DNA of 64,000 nucleotides from Rhizobiaceae bacterium (GTDB lineage Bacteria; Pseudomonadota; Alphaproteobacteria; Rhizobiales; Rhizobiaceae): NCBI GenBank assembly GCA_023953905.1, contig JAMLJA010000002.1, positions 196,465 to 260,464 of the forward strand, read 5' to 3'. Shown piece by piece: positions 60,371 to 64,000 of this stretch (position 1 is its first letter; each line of letters starts with the position of its first letter). The notes under the pieces were generated by a model. It saw only the letters and a program-made list of their open reading frames with translations, ran no database searches and was not told where the DNA came from. The position numbers and the translations under genes were made by a program.

Positions 60371-60961
60371 ATGACCCGCATCTGGCATGCCATGTTTATG
60401 TTGGCCGTCGCCTGGCCAGCCAGCGCAGAAACCATCGAAAGTGCCTACACCGACCTCGATGTGAAGCGCGATTGCGTTGTCTTTTCATCCGATCAGGATG
60501 GCGGAGATTCCGGCAATCTGATCTGCGCGGGCTTTCGCGGCTACCCGGTACTTATCTTCACGGGAGACCTGCGCGAGTCGGTCTTTTACGGCCTGCCCCC
60601 TGAGAGCGACCATGTGTGGGAGAGCTTTGCCGGTTTCAATTCGGCTGGCCCGAAAATCGAATGGCGTCTTTCGGTGGATGGCGATCGCAAGGTTCCCTTT
60701 GCGACCATCCACCGATGGTTTGTCAGCGACGATCCGGACGACAGTGAGACAAAGACCGAAGTGCTGGTCGTGGAGAAGATCGGCCAGTTGCAGGAGCGCG
60801 AAGGTTGCGCCGTTGGTTATGTCGTGGCCACCGGCAGTCCGAAAGCCAACGAGATGGCTCGGAAAATCGCCGATGAACAGGTCCGGGAATTCGTCTGCGG
60901 CGCCGACGAGCCTGTGTTGGTGTCTGGCGACACGCCGATGCCGGCGATCGCCCGACCCTAG
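60371..60961 (+). CDS. Conserved secreted hypothetical protein
   Basis: Signal peptide; SAYTDLD...C, GDLRES, FNS.GPKIEWR. Confidence 0.8.
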   Translation: MTRIWHAMFMLAVAWPASAETIESAYTDLDVKRDCVVFSSDQDGGDSGNLICAGFRGYPVLIFTGDLRESVFYGLPPESDHVWESFAGFNSAGPKIEWRLSVDGDRKVPFATIHRWFVSDDPDDSETKTEVLVVEKIGQLQEREGCAVGYVVATGSPKANEMARKIADEQVREFVCGADEPVLVSGDTPMPAIARP

Positions 60962-60979
60962 GAACTCGCCAACCGAAAC

Positions 60980-61513
60980 CTATTTTTCCTGCTTGGCGCG
61001 CTCGATTGCCTCGACGATCATCTTGCGCGCATAGGCGGCGTCGTGCCAGCCGCCGATCTTCACCCATTTCCCGGGCTCGAGATCCTTGTAGTGCTCGAAG
61101 AAATGCTCGATCTGCTGGAGGGTTATGTCCGGCAGGTCGCTGTAATTGTGGACGTTCTCGTAGCGCAGAGTGAGCTTCGGAGTCGGTACGGCGATGACCT
61201 TCTCATCGGTGCCCGCATTGTCTTCCATGATCAGCACGCCGATGGGCCGCACATTGATCACACAACCGGGCACCAATGCACGGGTGTTGGCAACCAACAC
61301 GTCGATCGGATCGCCGTCACCCGAAAGGGTGTGCGGCACAAAACCGTAATTCCCCGGATAGCGCATGGCAGTGTAAAGAAAGCGGTCGACGACCAGAGTG
61401 CCGGCTTCCTTGTCCATCTCGTACTTGATCGGCTCGCCACCGACCGGCACTTCGATGATCACATTGACGTCTTCTGGCGGATTCTTGCCAATTGAAATCG
61501 CGTCGATACGCAT
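60980..61513 (-). CDS. ppa: Family I inorganic pyrophosphatase
   Basis: [36 protein letters not shown]. Confidence 0.97.
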   Translation of the reverse strand: MRIDAISIGKNPPEDVNVIIEVPVGGEPIKYEMDKEAGTLVVDRFLYTAMRYPGNYGFVPHTLSGDGDPIDVLVANTRALVPGCVINVRPIGVLIMEDNAGTDEKVIAVPTPKLTLRYENVHNYSDLPDITLQQIEHFFEHYKDLEPGKWVKIGGWHDAAYARKMIVEAIERAKQEK

Positions 61514-61621
61514 GGGGATACTCCTGAATTTGCGCCACGCATAGCGAGTGCGCTCGCTATGCGCAATTGCGACACGTCGACATGTATAATGAATCGAGAT
61601 GCGGGTGCGGCGCGGCTCCGC

Positions 61622-62128
61622 TCACTCCCAGGAGAACGCGATCTTGCGCAGTGCCTTCTGGTCGAACACTTCGACCCCTTCCGCGATATCACGCCCGCCA
61701 GCACGGGCATAGAACTCAACCGCGCCGACATTGTCCTCAAGCGCCCAGACCACGAGGCTCTTCATATTGTAGGCCGCGAGGCGAGCACGGGCGGCTGCGA
61801 ACAATCGCGTGCCCAAGCCGATCCCCTGGCACTCAGGCCTCAGATACAGTTCGTAAATCTCGCCCTGCTGCGGCAACTCCCGCGCGCGATTACGTCCGAT
61901 AGTCGCATATCCGGCAACATCCCCACCGATTTCCACGACGAGAATCGATGTTGCGCGCCTGATCGCGTGCGCCCACCACTGGGGTCCGCGCCTGCTGATC
62001 ATCGTGTTCAGAGCGCGATGGGGAATGATGCCGGCATACGCACCATCCCAGGATGTCTGATGAACGTCCGCGATTGCGTCCGCGTCACGGATTTCAGCTT
62101 TGCGTATGTCGATGGCGAGTATGGTCAT
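61622..62128 (-). CDS. GNAT N-acetyltransferase
   Basis: LYLRPECQGIGLG, WALEDN..A..FY. Confidence 0.9.
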   Translation of the reverse strand: MTILAIDIRKAEIRDADAIADVHQTSWDGAYAGIIPHRALNTMISRRGPQWWAHAIRRATSILVVEIGGDVAGYATIGRNRARELPQQGEIYELYLRPECQGIGLGTRLFAAARARLAAYNMKSLVVWALEDNVGAVEFYARAGGRDIAEGVEVFDQKALRKIAFSWE

Positions 62129-62246
62129 GATTTGTTAACCATAGCCCAGCCGGTGGCTCGCGCAAGTCGCTAGATGCGTTTCGAAAGACATCCGCACAGG
62201 CTTTCGAAAAGCGCGCGAGCGTCCTCAAAAGCCCCCTGAGCAATGC

Positions 62247-62885
62247 TCAAATTTCGACCAGATGATCATCAAGCTCGTTCTCGTCTCCGGCGCCGACCGG
62301 GAAATGCTCCGCCAGCAACTCCCCGACTGCCTCGACGGCCTCCACAAAGCCCTCCGCGGGTCGTCCGCTCCGTGCTCCGTCAATCAGAATATCCACCACC
62401 GCCTGCCAGGTGCCTGAGACAACCTTCGCATTGATGCCGCTATCGGCGACCACTTCAGCATATCGCTCTTCCAGAGACAGGAAGATCAACACGCCCGTGC
62501 GCTTGGCGGTTCGATGCACATTGCGCGAAAGAAACTGCTTCCAGGCATTGTCATGTGCACGGCTTTGACGAAGGCTATGGGGGACCAGAAAGATCCTCAA
62601 AGGGGCGAACAGCCACAGCACCAGCAGACCGCACCCAGCCGAAAGCACCTGCGCGGATGCAAACCAGGCGAGGCTGACCGTCAGCCACATCTCGTCAAGG
62701 ACCAGCGCGGCCCCGACACTGATCAAAAGTATCGAGGCGAGGACCGATACGGCGGCAGGAAAAAAATAGCTGTCGCTGCGATGGGCAAGCACGCAGTAGA
62801 TTTCACCGGAGGTCCGGCTTTCGGCGATCCGGATTGCCTCGCTTACCCTGCGGTGGTCTTCTTCTGTCATCGGGGTTCGTCGCAT
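62247..62885 (-). CDS. TPM (DUF477)-like membrane protein
   Basis: AE.RTSGEI, T..RTGVLIF.S..ERYAEV.AD.GI, NELDD. Confidence 0.88.
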   Translation of the reverse strand: MRRTPMTEEDHRRVSEAIRIAESRTSGEIYCVLAHRSDSYFFPAAVSVLASILLISVGAALVLDEMWLTVSLAWFASAQVLSAGCGLLVLWLFAPLRIFLVPHSLRQSRAHDNAWKQFLSRNVHRTAKRTGVLIFLSLEERYAEVVADSGINAKVVSGTWQAVVDILIDGARSGRPAEGFVEAVEAVGELLAEHFPVGAGDENELDDHLVEI

Positions 62886-62887
62886 TA

Positions 62888-63793
62888 CTACCAACTCCCC
62901 GAGGCGCCGCCGCCACCCGACGACCCGCCACCGCCGGAGAAGCCGCCGCTGCCGCCGCTCGACCATCCACCCCCCGAAGATCGCCCGGAAGACCATCCGC
63001 CCCCACCGCTCGAAGCACTGCGCCCAAATTCGAAATTCATGCCGAGCCAACGGTACTTTCCCGGGCCGGTCTTCTTGCCGAAGATCGGAACAAGAAAAGC
63101 CATCGCGAAGCCGCCGAAAAACAAGGTCCCCCAGACCACGAAGAAGATGACCATCAGGATATCGACGTCGTTGTCCGGCGGCGACTGATCATAGTCTGGA
63201 GGCACAATTTCGGCCGCGTTGCCTTCGAGCACCATCAGGATCTGGTCGACCGCCTTCGATATGCCGCCAGAAAAGTCGCCGGCGCGAAATGCGGGGACCA
63301 TCGTGTTCTCGATGATCAGCTTTGAATGCAGGTCCATCAGCGTCCCTTCAAGGCCATAGCCGACCTCAATGCGCATCTTTCGATCGTTCTTGGCGACCAG
63401 AAGCAGCACGCCATTGTCGTCGCCCGCCTGCCCGAGTTTCCATGCCCGGAACAGTCGGTTCGCATAGGGTTCGATCGCCTCTCCGCCGAGGTCCGTCACG
63501 GTCGCCACCACCAGCTGAGCCGAGGTCGCTTTCTCGAACGCCTCGAGTTTCGCAGTGATCGCCGCTTCGGTTGCGGTGTCGATCATCCCCGCATCATCAA
63601 CCACTCGGCCAGTCAGTGATGGCAGTGTGTCGGCCATCGCTCCGATCGGGCACAGGAGCATGACGAGCGCCAAAGCAAGCACCCGGAACCAACCGTGCAG
63701 CGACCCACCCGAACGCGAATCTGGGCGAATTCCCTGCGCGGTTGCGGAAGGGTGTGAAGAGGCGTTGATTGATATGGGATTCAGCTGAGCCAT
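62888..63793 (-). CDS. TPM domain protein with Gly/Ser-rich tail
   Basis: GRVVDDA, DDNGVLLLVA..DRKMRIEVGYGLEG, GGGGSSGGGGASGSW. Confidence 0.92.
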   Translation of the reverse strand: MAQLNPISINASSHPSATAQGIRPDSRSGGSLHGWFRVLALALVMLLCPIGAMADTLPSLTGRVVDDAGMIDTATEAAITAKLEAFEKATSAQLVVATVTDLGGEAIEPYANRLFRAWKLGQAGDDNGVLLLVAKNDRKMRIEVGYGLEGTLMDLHSKLIIENTMVPAFRAGDFSGGISKAVDQILMVLEGNAAEIVPPDYDQSPPDNDVDILMVIFFVVWGTLFFGGFAMAFLVPIFGKKTGPGKYRWLGMNFEFGRSASSGGGGWSSGRSSGGGWSSGGSGGFSGGGGSSGGGGASGSW

Positions 63794-63822
63794 GGCTCGT
63801 GCATACCCGTTCGCAGCGCCGT

Positions 63823-64000
63823 TCAACCTCCGGACTTGGTGCCGAAATCGACCGTCGGCACCTTGAGCTTGTCTTCCTCGACGCTGAAGTTCTGATATGG
63901 CTCGTTGCTGGTGAACCAGAGATTTGCCCACAGAACCGATGGGAATGTTTTGAGGCTCAGATTATAGTCGCGCACCGCCTGAATGTAGTCGCGACGCGCC
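63823..64000 (-). CDS. lemA: LemA family protein, C-terminal part (5' end outside the window)
   Basis: ARRDYIQAVRDYN...TFPS.LWA...P.VDF*; usual lemA-TPM-TPM order. Confidence 0.9.
   Translation of the reverse strand, partial: ARRDYIQAVRDYNLSLKTFPSVLWANLWFTSNEPYQNFSVEEDKLKVPTVDFGTKSGG

Noticed and set aside
62890-63010. GGC/CCG-rich tandem-like repeat
   Set aside because: Ordinary Gly/Ser-rich tail of a TPM protein

Overview
GC-rich alphaproteobacterial chromosome segment; gene content and order suggest Rhizobiales (inference). It has three zones. (1) 1-43.4 kb is an accessory metabolic region. It holds small regulator/oxidoreductase pairs, a cysK + group II PLP decarboxylase pair, and a cobalamin-riboswitch-controlled family-5 ABC operon led by a decayed methyltransferase. 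It also has a TRAP/class III aminotransferase module and a large polyamine/N-acyl-amine catabolic cluster with an atypical GGT-fold enzyme and in-frame-deleted HDAC and SBP relics. A GntR-controlled ring-cleavage cluster follows (MHPCO-like flavin monooxygenase, domain-inverted extradiol dioxygenase, hydrolase, RidA, NMT1/THI5-type ABC). (2) 43.4-59.4 kb is a decaying, mostly lower-GC island abutting the 3' end of tRNA-Ala(CGC). It contains IS3, IS481 and IS5 elements (the IS5 carries a passenger gene), an orphan Rhs toxin/immunity array and an SLT lysozyme-like lipoprotein. It also contains a broken RTX gene with a FrpC-type Asp-Pro self-processing module coupled to a secreted partner gene, and a DUF3489-DUF2924-large serine recombinase relic. 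(3) 59.4-64 kb is core genome (yggT, DUF167, ppa, GNAT, two TPM proteins, lemA). Family assignments come from motifs read in the translations and from remembered reference sequences; no searches were run.
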